Positions 22,301 to 36,099 of a DNA stretch of 64,000 nucleotides are shown here, piece by piece (position 1 is the first letter of the stretch; every line of letters begins with the position of its first letter). Location: positions 1-64,000 of the forward strand of contig CP075492.1 in NCBI GenBank assembly GCA_021613535.1. Reading direction: 5' to 3'. Below the pieces are notes generated by a model. The model was not told the origin of the DNA. It made no database searches and saw only the letters and a list, made by a program, of their open reading frames with translations. Source of the stretch: Adineta vaga. Lineage: Eukaryota > Animalia > Rotifera. A program made the position numbers and the translations under genes.

Positions 22301-25300
22301 TATGGTAAAGTTTCCGTAGTATTATATTTCCACACTGTCATTGTACGATTATAATAGAGAAGAAAATCATTCGTCATACTCTGATTGATTCCATTCGGTA
22401 AAACAATCAATAAATCTTGAAATTCTCTTTGACTAAGAAATAGTCCCATTTCACTTGAACTTGAACGAGCTCGATCAAATGCTGTCCACCATTGAGCATC
22501 ATCCACTTTAAGCCAATTCTCATTTCCATAAATCAATACATATATTTGAATATAATTATCCACAGCATTGACCATACGTTGATGATCGTGATAAGCAGTT
22601 AGAACTATTGGATCAATATTTAATGATCGACGAGAGAAACAATCAGCATCATCAAAACCTTTTATACACATTGCTAAACTAAAGAGACCCGTAAGTACCA
22701 TACTGACTGGATTTGCAGTACATGATAAAAATAAACCAAATCCTGACAAGCCAAGGTTCAGTAGACTAACGTCATCAAGTGCTATATCAAGACTTGTTCC
22801 TGAGACAAACGTTACTAACGAGGTAACTAAAAAAAGCAAATTCTCTTCAGAATAGTAATACTTTATTAACAAAAGGAATACTTACCACAATTAAGTGGTG
22901 ACGGTATAAATCCTAATCCACATTCAATCATCGCTCGAGCACAATCAAATATACTTCGACATGATTTGGTTGCTGTGGTTACAGGAACTATATTCGTTTG
23001 TATATCAACAGGTCCATTTTGATAGTTTTCAACTATTCCTCCACCTGTGATAGTTGGAATGTAAGGTGGTAATGTTGGTGCATTGACAATACAATTTGAA
23101 TTCGGTATATCACCTAATGTCGATCGATGAAATGCTGGTAATGTCATGACTGTTCGTTTTTTTCCATTACATTCATATTTATATATGAGAATACCTCCCA
23201 AACATATTGATGGTGATTTTATTTGTGATCGAACAATGATTGAACGTTGAATTCGAAAAGAGAGAATAATTGATGAATTTGCTTCAATATGACCAATAAC
23301 ATCATTAAGAAGAATAAATTTTAAAAATGGATGATTAGTCGGTAAGTTTAATTCGAGATCTTCTGCTCGAATTAAACCATGATTCGTTATAGTTAATTCC
23401 ATCTGTTCAACATTACTATTTTCTAAATAATCTAAATCCAATGACATTGGATTCATAGTAATTACAGGTAATGGAACATTTGTCTCAAAAGTTGCTTCCA
23501 AAATAATAGTATATTCATTTTCAAATGGTTTGGGAGTAACTGACCAAGTATGTGAAATAACTTGACGCTGAAGAAATATCACTGTTTCTTGTCCATTACT
23601 GGATAAATCTACGGTTATCATACTTGAATAGGATGAATGTTTGTTTGCCTGTGCTGTTACTTGATATGTATCGGGTGTTAAAGCTACTGACGTTCGGCCA
23701 TCATCATTAGTAAGTAAGGTATATCGATGACCTAAATTTCGGCTAATTAAAATAATAGTCGCATTCACCACACGTGGAGCATCAGGTGAGAAATAAGTAA
23801 ATTCATCTTCGATAAGAAAAGATAAATTAGTCGAGGTGATATTATTTCCTACAATAGTTAAACGGAATGTCATTCCTACGGATACTTGATTTTCTTCATC
23901 GATAATTTCACTACGAATATCAATGATACTCAACGGAGCTGAATCAGAAATAGTAATTAAATAAGTAATAGTGGCATTACTAGATACATTTATTGATGAA
24001 AGAATTGGAGTAATGGCAGTTAAATATGATTGATCATTGGGTACGCGAACGAGTAATTTATTTGATGGTTGCGAACCGATATTAAATATAGTTGTAGAGA
24101 AAAGTTGTTGACTATTTCGAGCAATAGTAAATGAACGATGAGAAGAAGAGAGAGAATATTCCGCTCGATCTGCTTTAACATTGACGGAAATAATTAGATA
24201 ACTTGAAGTGATCTGATTATTAGAAAATTGAAAACCTACTTGTCCGATATAAGGTTTATTAAATTGAAGTGAGAGATCAATTAAACATTCATCATTTCCC
24301 AGTATAATAGTGTCAGCCGTAGATTGATTACAATTTAAGATTAAACTATAATTTTGAAGAATAATTGGACCAATTAATGATATATTTAGATTAGTAATAT
24401 TTAATGGAGTTGGATTGATTAATTTTGCAATTGCAGTGAAATTATTTCTTGAGCCTGTACGGAATTCTAAAACAAAATTTCGTACTAAATGAATTTTCAT
24501 TCCAAAATAGACTAATTTATCTTGATCTTTTCCATCATTGATTTGTTTCAAAATAGGATGTGATGCACCAATTGTAATAAGTCCATATTCATTGCTTAAT
24601 GGTGTATAATGTGTTTCAAAACTACCCGGTGGTAGTCGCCATTTCGGTGCAGTAACAAGTGGCAGATATCGACGATTTTTGCCATTCACGTCAATCCAAA
24701 CACTAATAGTACTATCCCACTCAGTCAATTGATAATTTGAATCTAATGCATTGATTTGACCTTGAATACGTAATCTTATAGATTGAATAATTGTGGTTTG
24801 AGAATATTCTGAAGAAAATTTTATGGAAACATTATAAGCAATGGGAATATGTAAATAAAATGATTGTCGAGCAATGGTTGGCATAGCTTTATTTTTAACA
24901 TTAATAGTGATTAAATATGATTGAGAAAAAGCGGGAATAGAAGGACAGAATAATAATGTATGTGTTTCATTTGATATTAGAGATAAACCAGGAAAGGATT
25001 GATCTAACCACCAAGATAATGGTGTATCACCTTCAATTAGATAATTAGTAAGATTTAATGAGAATGGAAATTTTTCTGTGAGAGTGAAGTTTTGCATAGG
25101 TTTTAATTTAGGTACAATAGGTGTTAAAGTACAATTTGAACCAAAATAAGGATAACGACATAGACAAGAACCAAATGCACATGTTCCATGTATACATCCT
25201 TCTCTTGGACAACTTGGTAAATATTGATAATATAACTTTTGAGAAAGTTTTGTTCCATTAATTTTAATTTCTATAATCACTTGTCCGGGTGAATGTGATG

Positions 25301-28300
25301 GTAATACACAATTAATTTGTTGATTTGTAACGTACACTCCAGGTAAAATGATTTCTTGACTACTATTATATAATAAGCATTGAAAGAAAGAATGATTATT
25401 AAAATTATCTCCATATATTATCACTGATGTATTGGATATATCTAATCCAGAAGTCGGATTGAGTGAAGAAACCATTGGTATTGCTTCACAATTGGGACCA
25501 TAAAATCCTGTTTGACAAAATTGACATAATGGACCAAAAAAATGATTATTCTCTGGACATTGACATGTTGCTTGAGTAGCCGTACAAATCGCTGTTCCAT
25601 GAATACATAGAGGACATTTTACACACGATGGATAATTATGATAATCACTTGCACATTGATCACAATTGTCACCTGAATATTGACTATTGCATTGACATGT
25701 TTCATGAGCAATACATTGTCCATGTGATGTACAATAATTTCTTGTTCGACAACTCCAATTACTAAAAATAGGTAATTGTTGTACTGACATCGTTTGAAAT
25801 CGACTTTCAAGAAGTTTATATGTAATCGAGTTTTGAAAAGAACAATTGGTCAGAATTGATAAAGAATACAACTGTTGTTGATATGATAGTAAACTGCTCA
25901 AGATAGAATCTGGATAGAATGAAACATATTTAATGCATGATGATAATTCTGCGGGAATTTCAACCACTAAAGAAATATTATAAAGAGAAATCTTGTTAGA
26001 ATTTCTTATTGCAATTAAATTTGTAAAATTATTAACATAATTCGAATAAATAGGTAAACTTGCACCGTACCATGTTCCACCATAAGCATATAAACTTGCC
26101 AAATATATTGTCTCTTGTAGTATGATCGATGGAATTTGCCATGCATATGCCGGATGAACCGCGGCGAGATTAATTTGGTTCATATTATTATTAACTAAAA
26201 ATGAATGATTGAAAAATCCATTCTGATCACAAAGAAATTTATGGTTATAATAATAATCACCGATTTCAACGACAAAGATTGTTGGAGATAATAAATATTT
26301 AGATCTGTATAAATAAGTAAGATTACCTGATAAAGATATTTGTCGATCTTTGCTTAATCGATATCGATTCGTTGTATCGATATCCCATCGAACATTCACT
26401 GTATAACTAAGAGGAACATTGATTATCAATGTATGTGATTCTTTTCCACCTGAATTTGATATACCTATATTAAAGTTATAACTATTGAGAGAAGCATATG
26501 CATTAATAATATGCATTAATCCAGTAGAACGATCAAGTTGAATATTATTTCGAAAGAAATTCATCGATTCATCATTGGTGGCTTTTATTAATTCATAAAT
26601 AATGGGTTCTGTAGCCACAATAACATTTGTAGATAAATCAATAACAATACTTTCATTTTCAGCTAAAGTGTAATTAGATACGGAATTTATCACAGGTTTG
26701 ATATTATAAATTTGACAAGTAGAACCAGTCCATGGTGTTATACAAATACATTTTCCTTGTTCACATCGACCGTTTCCATTACACTCATTAAGCGTTACAG
26801 GACACACTTTGTTGACATATATCGATTCGCTTCCATAAGCTGTCCAAGTTAATCCATTATTCAGTGACACAGAATAATAATAATTGTCCGATAGCATTAC
26901 TGATGTTCTACAGACAATTTCTTTGTTAGTAGCTCTTTTCGCAATATATGTATAGTTTCCACGAGAATAGTAGGTACTTCTCAACAGACATAAGACTGAT
27001 TTATTTGTTAGTAACATATCTAATTGACCGGAAATATCGAAATTGTCACCCGATATAGTTATATCAATACCACCATAATCCACTAATGTCCATGGTTGAA
27101 TGGAGAGTACAGTCGGAATCTGTAAGCAATTTGGTTTGTAATAAGGAGGAAGACATCCTTCACAATTGAAACCAGTAAATCTATTCGGATCAGAACAAAC
27201 ACAAGTTTGATTGAAACATTGACCACCATTCAAACAAAAGCTTTGACAAGAGTAACAACTACCAGAATGTAAGAAGAAACCATCTATGCATCTATCGCAT
27301 GCATCTCCCTCGAAATAACTATTACATCTACAAGTTCCATACAAACATGATCCATATTTACATCCATTTAACGGACATGTTGCTTGAATACGTACAGTAC
27401 CAAGAGAAGTCTTTACAGAATTAGGTTGTAGAATAAAACTAGCATAATAAATATTAGGATAAATTTTTGGTGCTGGAAAAATAATATGAGTATTATTTGC
27501 ATATAATACTGTACTTAGATTTCGCACTGAATCTATAGAATACTGTATAGAACCATTGGCTAATAATTGATCGAGTTCACCAGATATATTAAAATGATCT
27601 CCAATTATAGATAGATTCACATTACCCACATCATCCCAAATCGACTGTTCAATGCGAAAAGCGATTAAATATTGTTTACATGTTGGACCATAATAATGTG
27701 GAGCACAAGTAGTACAATAAATACCAGTAAAACCAATTGAACAGATACATGAACCATTTATACATGTGCCAGAATTTCCACAAGAATCTAAACAAGAATA
27801 ACAATTTGGATAATTAAAATATTCATCAGCACAATGTTCACAATATTGTCCAGCATATCCTTCATTGCAAAGACAATTTCCAAGTGAACATTGACCGTAA
27901 CCTGAACATGCAGACATATTCACAGGACATGTTTGTTCTATTGTCACCTGTATGGAATTTCCATCAGTACCTGATTGCCAATTAGTATCATTATCCAAAG
28001 AAAAATAAACTTGATAGGATTGATACAACAGATCTCGTACTGAACAGATAATATGTGTATTATTCATAGCCACCGCTGAAGTAATATGATCAATATTTTT
28101 TGAGTTACGAAAATTACATCGAACAGAATCAAGTGAAATATTACCAGATATATTAAAATGATCTCCAATTAAAGTTACATTTTTATATTCTACACCATTC
28201 CATATTCTTGGTTGAATTGATAATAAAACAGGACGTTGTTTGCATAATGAACCATAATAATGTGAAGCACATTTACTACAATCAATACCAATAAAATTAT

Positions 28301-31300
28301 TTGGACAAATACAAGTACCATTCATACATGTACCATTATTTTTACAAGAATTTAAACAAGAATAACAATTAGGATAAGCAAAATATTCATTAGAACATTG
28401 ATCACAAAATTGTCCGGTATATTTTGAATAACAACGACAACTTTGTAATGAACATTCACCATGATTAGAACATGTAGGAGAATCTATTGGACATGTTTGG
28501 TCTATTATTACTTGAATAGATTTTCCCTGATCACCTGTTTGCCAATTAATACCATTATCCAAAGAAAAATAGATTTCATATGATTTATATTGTAAATCTT
28601 GTACAAAACAAATAATATGCGTGTTATTAATACTTACAGCTTGAATAATATAATCAATATGTTGATCGTAACGAAAATTACATTGAACAAAATCAAGTGA
28701 AATATTTTCAGATATATTAAAATGATCACCAATTAAAGTAATATTTCTTTGTTCTATACCATTCCATCTTGTTGGTTGTACTGATAATAATATCGGATAT
28801 TGTTCACATGATGAACCATAATAATGTGAAGCACAGATACTACAATCATCACCAATAAATCTATCTGAACAAATACAAGTACCATTCATACATAAACCAT
28901 TATTCTTACAATAAGTACATGATTGACATATACCGTATAAATAAAAATAATTCTCTGCACATTGATCACATTGATCACCAATATATTCTTGAGAACAAAC
29001 ACATTTTCCAAAAATACATTTACCATTTAAACAAGCTGCTAATTGATTTGAACATGTACCTTCAACTTCAATATACAACGATCTTTCTTCAACTAACCAA
29101 GAAGTTCCATTTGTAAATGATACTGATACTTTATAGCTTCCTGGAATCATTGTTGATACTTGACAAATAATCTGTGTGTTACTAATAGTATGTGCATGAT
29201 ATATGTAAGTATTTTGTCCATGAAATTTACATATAATAAATTTATTTCGAATTAAATTACTTAAGATATTTGAAATATTAAAATTATCACCTATAATTGT
29301 TACATTCACTGCATCGATATCTTTCCACAATGTTGAATTGATTCTTTGTATAATGGGATACTGTAAACAATTGCCACCGTAAAACGACGGCTGACAATTT
29401 TTACAAGATATTCCAGTAAATCGATTGGGTTCATAACAAATACAACTACCATTTTTACATGAACCAGTACTTTCACAAGAACGACAGGAATAACAATATG
29501 GATAAGAATAATAACCAACGGCACATTGATCACATAGTTTACCAGAAAAAGTAGGATTACATAGACAACTTCCCATATTGCAAACACCATTTGATGAACA
29601 AGTACTAGATTCAATTGGACAAGTTCTAATGATTTGTATTGTTAATGTCCTTTCGTCTCCTGAATACCATGTTAGACCATTATCGACAGAAATATGTACA
29701 GAATAATATCTCGATGACATATTTTTTACTGGACAAATAATATGTGTATTATTTGCATTAATTGCCATGTAAACATACTTTTCATCATAATAGGAAAATC
29801 GACATTGAACTGTTACATTCATCAATGAATTTGATCGATTAAAATGATCACCAATAATAGTTACATTAATATTTCCAATATCATCCCATCGGGATGGATT
29901 AACTGACAATGTCACAGGATGTTGTTGACATAATTTTCCATAATAATGTGGTTGACAAGTACCACAATCATAGCCAGTGAAACGATCTGAATCGGCACAG
30001 ACACATATCTGATTATGACATGTACCATTATTTTTACACGCAGAACATCGATAACAATTCGGATAATGAAAATATCCTTCAGCACATCGATTACAATACA
30101 TTCCAGCATAATTGCTATGACATGAACAATTTCGAAAAGAACACGTACCATGATCAGAACATATTGAAGGACTAGGCGGACACGTTGGATTGATATATAT
30201 TTGCATAGTATTTTGGTCAGCTCCGGAAAACCATTGTGTACCATTATCGAGAGAAATAAAAACGTCATAATATTCAGATTTCATTCTATTTACTGGACAC
30301 ATAATATGAGTGGTTTTTACACTGACGGCATTAACAATATAATCGTCGCCTTGCCGACTACGAAGGTTACATTGAACAGATTCGAGTAGAACTAAACCGG
30401 ACATGTTAAAATGATCACCGATGATTGATATATTTCGATGTTCAATATCTTGCCATTGTTGTGGCTTAATTGATAGTACAACTGGGTATTGTAAACATGA
30501 TGAACCATAATAATGTGGTTGACAAGTACCACAATCATAACTAGTGAAACGATCAGGTTCTGAGCATATACAGGATGAATTGATGCATGTTCCATTATTT
30601 TTACAATGTCGACATGGAAAACAATTCGGGTAAGAAAAATAGTCGTCAGCACATCGATTACATGCTGAACCACCAAAATTTGTTTCACATTGGCAAAAAC
30701 CGAGCTGACAAAATCCATGATAAGAGCACGTTGGTGAAGCAAGTGGACATGCGCCTATTACTGTTAAAAAGAGTGAAGTTTCTTCTTCTAACCATGTGTT
30801 TCCATCGGTGAGAGAAACAGATAAACGATAAAGTGCGGACAACATTTCACTTGTTTGACAAATGATATGTGTATTATTTGCGGTATGCGCAAGAAATGAA
30901 TATACAGCTCGGTTCGATCGAAAGCGACATATAATAGCTTGATCATTGATAAGATTACTCAACAAATTTGACACATTAAAATTATCACCTAAAATCGTTA
31001 TATTTACTTGATCAGTATCTTTCTGATTACTTGACACTAGATTCAGTACAATCGGATCTTGTAAACAAGACGAACCGTAATATGGTGGTATACATTTGGA
31101 ACAATCATATCCAGTAAATCGATCTGTATCAGAACAAATACAACTCTCATTTTTGCACATACCATTTTCACATCGAGAACATGAAATACAATTTGGATAA
31201 TTGAAAAAATCACTGGCACATTGATCACAAATTCTGCCAGTATATCCTGTGTTGCACACACATTTTCCCAAAGAACAATATCCAAAAGATGAACAGCGTT

Positions 31301-33899
31301 CAGGTGAAGAGGGACATGTTTGATTGATTGAAACAGTGAGAACGGAGCCACCTGAATTCCATGTCGTACTGTTATCAAGAGAAAAATATACTGCATAAGC
31401 ATCATACAGCATGTTCTTCACAGGACAAACAATATGTGTGTTATTATATGCAATAGCAGAAACAATATAATCATTATCTCCGAAATAATAAAACTTACAT
31501 TGTACAGTTCTATCAGTAGGAGAATTTGTTAATAAACCAGAAATATTAAAATGATCACCAACAATTGTTACATTAATATTCTCAATATCACGCCATTGTG
31601 GTGGTTCGATAGATAAAGCAATAGGATATTGTAGACACGATGGACCGTAATAATGTAGCTGACAAGTATCACAATTAAAACCAGTAAATCGATCTGATTC
31701 ATTACAGATACATGTATGATTAATGCAGACTCCTTTATTTAGACAATATGGATTGCATGATAAACAATGAGGATATCCAAAATAACCATCGGCACATCGA
31801 TTGCAAATTTTACCAGCGAAGTTTTGTTGACATTTGCACAGACTTAATTCACAAATGCCGTGATACGAACATGTTTGAGTATATGATGGACAAGTATTTC
31901 GAATATCGAAAGTCAGTCTGTCTTGCATATCAATCCAGGTGTTGCCATTATCCAGTGAGACAGTTAGAGAATAAAAACCGGGTAACATTGTTGAAACTTG
32001 ACAAACAATTTCTGTATTATTTGCATAATGAGCATGAACAATATATTGGATATTTTCATCGAAGCTACGTTTCATAAAAGAACAAATGAGAGATTTATTC
32101 TTTATTGAATTAGATGTTTGATTATAAAGGTCAAAATGATCACCATGAATAAGAATAGTTTCACCATTTATATCATTCCAAAATGTCGGTTCAGCTGTTA
32201 ACATAATTGGATATTGTAAACACGATAATCCATAATAATGTGGCATACAATCCGAACACGTTGCACCTATAAATCGACTTGGATCGTAACAGATACAAGT
32301 TTCATTCAAACATTGACCGCGATTTTCACAATCATGACAAGAATAACAATTTGGATATAGATAATAATTATCGGCACATTGTTGACATAAACTTCCATTA
32401 AATCCTCTATCACAAACACATTTACCAAGTTCACATCGACCATTATTTCCACAATTTGTTGCATTATTTGGACACTTATATTTCGTTTGAAGAATTAGAG
32501 CAGAATGCAAATCTTCCTTACCAATTTCAGTTCCATTGAAATATAAATGTACGTTATATGAACGTTCAAAATCCAGTTTTCGAGGCCTTCGAAAAATAAT
32601 GTGTGTATTATTTCCTTCCAACGATATTATAAAATTTTCTAATGGAGGTGGATCAGTCCCTCTGAGAACAGCCGAATCCCATGAAAGATTGTGAAGTCCA
32701 ACTAGAGCTTTCGAAGAATTGCCATGAAATTCTACAGTTTTCTCCAACTTGGAAGGTTTGGTAGAGCTTAACTCGCCCTGATAAAAGGTCGAGTCGTCAC
32801 TACGAGCTTTTCTTCTTAATTTAATCTGACATTGGACCATATTTTGTTGTAAATACAACTGTAACTGTCCAGATATGTTAAAATTATCACCAATTAAAAT
32901 AATCGAACGATAATCTGTATCGAATAATACACTGGGTTCAACTGCTAATAAAACAGGTCTCATTTCACATCCTGGTCGATAATATGGCGGCTTGCAACTG
33001 CTACAATCATGACCAGTAAATCGATCTGGATCTGAACATATACACATTTGATTTTTACAGGTGCCATTATTTTGACACAGTGTATCGCAACGTAGACAAA
33101 ATGGATAGAAATGATTAGCAAGACATTCAGTACAATTAGGTCCTTGAAAGTTCGGCAAACATTTACATTCACCTAATTCACATACGCCGTTATGACAATT
33201 AGTTACATCTTGAGGACACGTACGATTAATATGCAAATTATTTTCGTAATAAAAATCAGTACTTATTTCTTGGTTATCAATGTGAACAGTTATTTGATAA
33301 TCAAGAGTTTGCAAAGCACTTGAGTTAAGTACAGGTAATGGACAAAGAATATGAGTATTATTCAATAAGAATCCGATGGATGTTTCTATAAGAGTGAAAT
33401 GTTGATGTCGAAAGAGACATCCAATAGTACCATTGCTTGTGAGAAAGTTCTCACCAATTATAGTGATATTTATACGACCCATTTGAGTATCATCAAATAT
33501 AGTTGGTGTCACATTGAAGATGACTGGTAAAGGTAAACAGTCTTTACCATATAAATGTTCTTTACACATCTCACAATCCTCACCAACAAATGGATCTACA
33601 CATATACATTTTTGATCCTTACAAGTACCGTTATTGCGACAATAATTACAAGATCGACAAGATGAATAGGAGGTTCGATAATAGCCAATCATACATTGAG
33701 AACAGTCAGGACCCATGTAACCTTGATAGCATTGACAATATTCTTTCAGTTCAACTTCGTTTTTCTTCTCTTCTTCTACTCGTATACAGTCACCACCATT
33801 ATGGGCACATAAATTAGTATCGAAACAAGGAATATTTTGTTGCGTCACAAAATTGAGTGTGATGATTAATAATAGGAGTGAGCGAATCCAACTGAACAT
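19366..33899 (-). CDS. Giant (~4,824 aa) type I membrane protein: signal peptide, 13 EGF/laminin-EGF + IPT/TIG modules, Ig/cadherin-like region, Ser/Thr stalk, TM, basic tail
   Basis: ORFs 22866-33899 and 19366-22872 join in frame through intron 22827-22885 (TGT G^gtaag..ttttag^TT ACC), total 14,475 nt. 13 G(D/E)(N/H)F TIG motifs; TM FLIASLVISIVTFLSLLTVIIIYFI. Confidence 0.9.
20020..20585 (-). repeat. 111-bp coding tandem repeat x5 (37-aa Ser/Thr mucin-like unit)
   Basis: SSSLYSNISLTSLSTTLNSQITSSSPITSTGLKSTTS repeated nearly identically. Confidence 0.95.
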
Positions 33900-34269
33900 A
33901 TTGTATTCAGAATTTCATTGATGAAAATACATCTGAAGCAATCATATTTAAGCAAATTTAGCAAGGTGAGGATGGGAATGTATTACTCCAAGAGTTGCCA
34001 AACCTCCTAGTGGAAAATCTCCTGATTTCAAGAGCTGATTTTTATTATTTTCTCCTGGTTTTAGTATTTTCCTAGTCGTCCATTGATGATATTTTCATCC
34101 TAGAAAAACTTTAGGAAAGAAAGAAAAGATTAATCAGTATTCGGTGAATATCACAATCAATCAGAAAAAAAGTTTTTTACTTTCTATTCTATCTCACGAA
34201 CAAAACCTCTCAATTAAAAGAAAAAATTCTACATATTTTAAACTTATTCTGATATTCAATGTCCTTCAC

Positions 34270-34441
34270 TGGAAAAAAATAAACGACTTATGAATCTCCA
34301 ACGTATAATAAACTGTTTTTTTTTGTTTTTTGAAGTGGGCTTCATAAACGAAGAAAAGATTTATTACCTTTATCGAGTTTGGACAAAAAAAGTTTATCAT
34401 ACGTTGGAAATTCATAAACTCTTGTCGTTGATTTTTTTCCA
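34270..34441. repeat. Fold-back inverted repeat / MITE-like element
   Basis: TGGAAAAAAATAAACGAC..TTATGAATCTCCAACGTATAATAAACT is mirrored by AGTTTATCATACGTTGGAAATTCATAA..GTCGTTGATTTTTTTCCA. Confidence 0.7.
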
Positions 34442-34747
34442 TCATTTTTTTGCAATGTCGCAGTAAAATGAAATCATTCAGATACTAACCATGTCATCAT
34501 TATTAGACTACAGTTTGTCAAAACCGTTTCAACCAACACTTATACATAAAATACTACTCCTATACCGCCAAAAAAGATTTCAGACGCCATAATTGCTAAA
34601 ACATCAGCAATATTAGCATTAGGAGTAAATAGAGTAGTGTCATATATTTAAAATTGCCGAGATATCGCAAAATCTGCATCATTAGATCCCGTCATCGTTC
34701 ACAGTAGATAGATACGGAATCCGCTGATATGAATTGTAAGTTATACA

Positions 34748-34823
34748 GAGTTCGGCGGGGCTGAGTTTTACAGCCCGATCTCACCGGGATCGAGTTCGGG
34801 TTTGGGACAGTCTCGCCGAACAC
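34748..34823. mobile_element. Tiny GC-rich palindromic element / transposon-end remnant
   Basis: GTTCGGCG (34750-34757) and CGCCGAAC (34814-34821) are inverted termini enclosing two GC hairpins. Confidence 0.4.
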
Positions 34824-35461
34824 CAAGATTATATCCAAAATCTTGCGTTTCGCAAGCCTGATTAGTCCTGAATGTGGGCCGTGACGTCCCTGTGATAGTT
34901 GTCATATGTCAGCTGTTAGAGAACCTCATCGTAATGGTCGCTGCGACTAATATACTAAAATACTGTAGATTTGCTGAACCTTATGGCTGGATAGCAGCTT
35001 CAGCCCAGCACTGTGTCCTGTGGGCTTTCACGAAGTTTGCAGCCTTCCGCTTTTCTATGTCGCTGACTTTTTTTAGGTTAACGATACCCGTTTTATCCTT
35101 TGCCTCCAAGAAATCATTGCCTTTCTTGATATCTTTGATGTCGTTTGGATTTTTAATTCAGTGGATGTTGTTTTGTTTGGGGATTTAGGATTCAGAAATC
35201 TTCAAGACTTCGGAATCCGGATAGGTTTCTTTGTCAATGAAAATGAAACGTTATTTCGTTTGCTAATGCTTAAGCGTCCTTGTGAATACGACCGTGCTCT
35301 CCACTTAAAACATGCCTGTTATCAGCTTTTATCAATACTACTCAACGATATTTGTCGTATAAAATGGCAATGATATGGTCGATGTCATATAATTCTGAAT
35401 GAGTAAGCTCTCATAAAAAGAAGCAACTACAGTTTTTATGGAGATGATGGTGAGTGAGAGC

Positions 35462-35509
35462 AAACTAAGACGGATTTCGTCCTTGCTAGAAGGACTCATC
35501 GGGTAGTTT
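35462..35509 (-). ncRNA. Degenerate type I hammerhead
   Basis: AAACTAC-CCGATGA-GTCC(ttctagcaa)GGAC-GAAA-TCCGTC-TTAGTTT; U-to-C change in the core; followed by CTCTCACTCACC. Confidence 0.55.
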
Positions 35510-35808
35510 CGTTTTTACATATGTTCAAATGATTAGAAAATCACAACGAAATAACATAACATGAAATTTTAAGTACGGATCTCGAGAAAGAGTTGAATCC
35601 TAATTTGTAATAGATGGTTAGTAGATATTGATGTTTTATGGGTATGATAGTTAAAACTATTAAGAGAAGATGAAGAATTTTATTTGACCAAAGAGACTCT
35701 GCAATAAACAGGCCAACAAAGTGTGTATATGAAACAGTAAAAACGAGTAGAATATTTTTATGAGTTTTGTTTGTTGGTGATGATTTTGGATCATTTGTGT
35801 ATGGTTTC

Positions 35809-36032
35809 TGTTAGGATCCGAACTAAAGAGTTGACGAAAAAAGGGAAGAGGAAGAAAGCGACACCCTTTTAGTTTCGATCTTCGACCACCTTTATTTCAG
35901 GTTAGAGAGATAACAACAACAACAACAAAAAACAAAAAACATATATATATAAAGTATAATCCAATAGAAAGAAAAACAACACAAGAAACGAAAGGATCGT
36001 CCATCTACTATAAATAGATGGCGATCCTGACA
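35809..36032 (-). repeat. 3' LTR (224 bp)
   Basis: Near-identical to 43376-43600; PPT GGTGGGAGGAGG at 36033-36044. Confidence 0.96.
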
Positions 36033-36099
36033 CCTCCTCCCACCACCAGGTTCACAAAAATAGATTCATTGGCAGCAACTTGTCATATAAATATTGATC

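Noticed and set aside
25619-33817. Many short alternative-frame and antisense ORFs inside the giant gene
   Set aside because: By-products of the Cys/Asn-rich repetitive coding sequence.
34874-35373. Short ORFs upstream of the giant gene
   Set aside because: Non-ATG starts and no recognisable motifs on either strand; possibly a TE remnant but unsupported.
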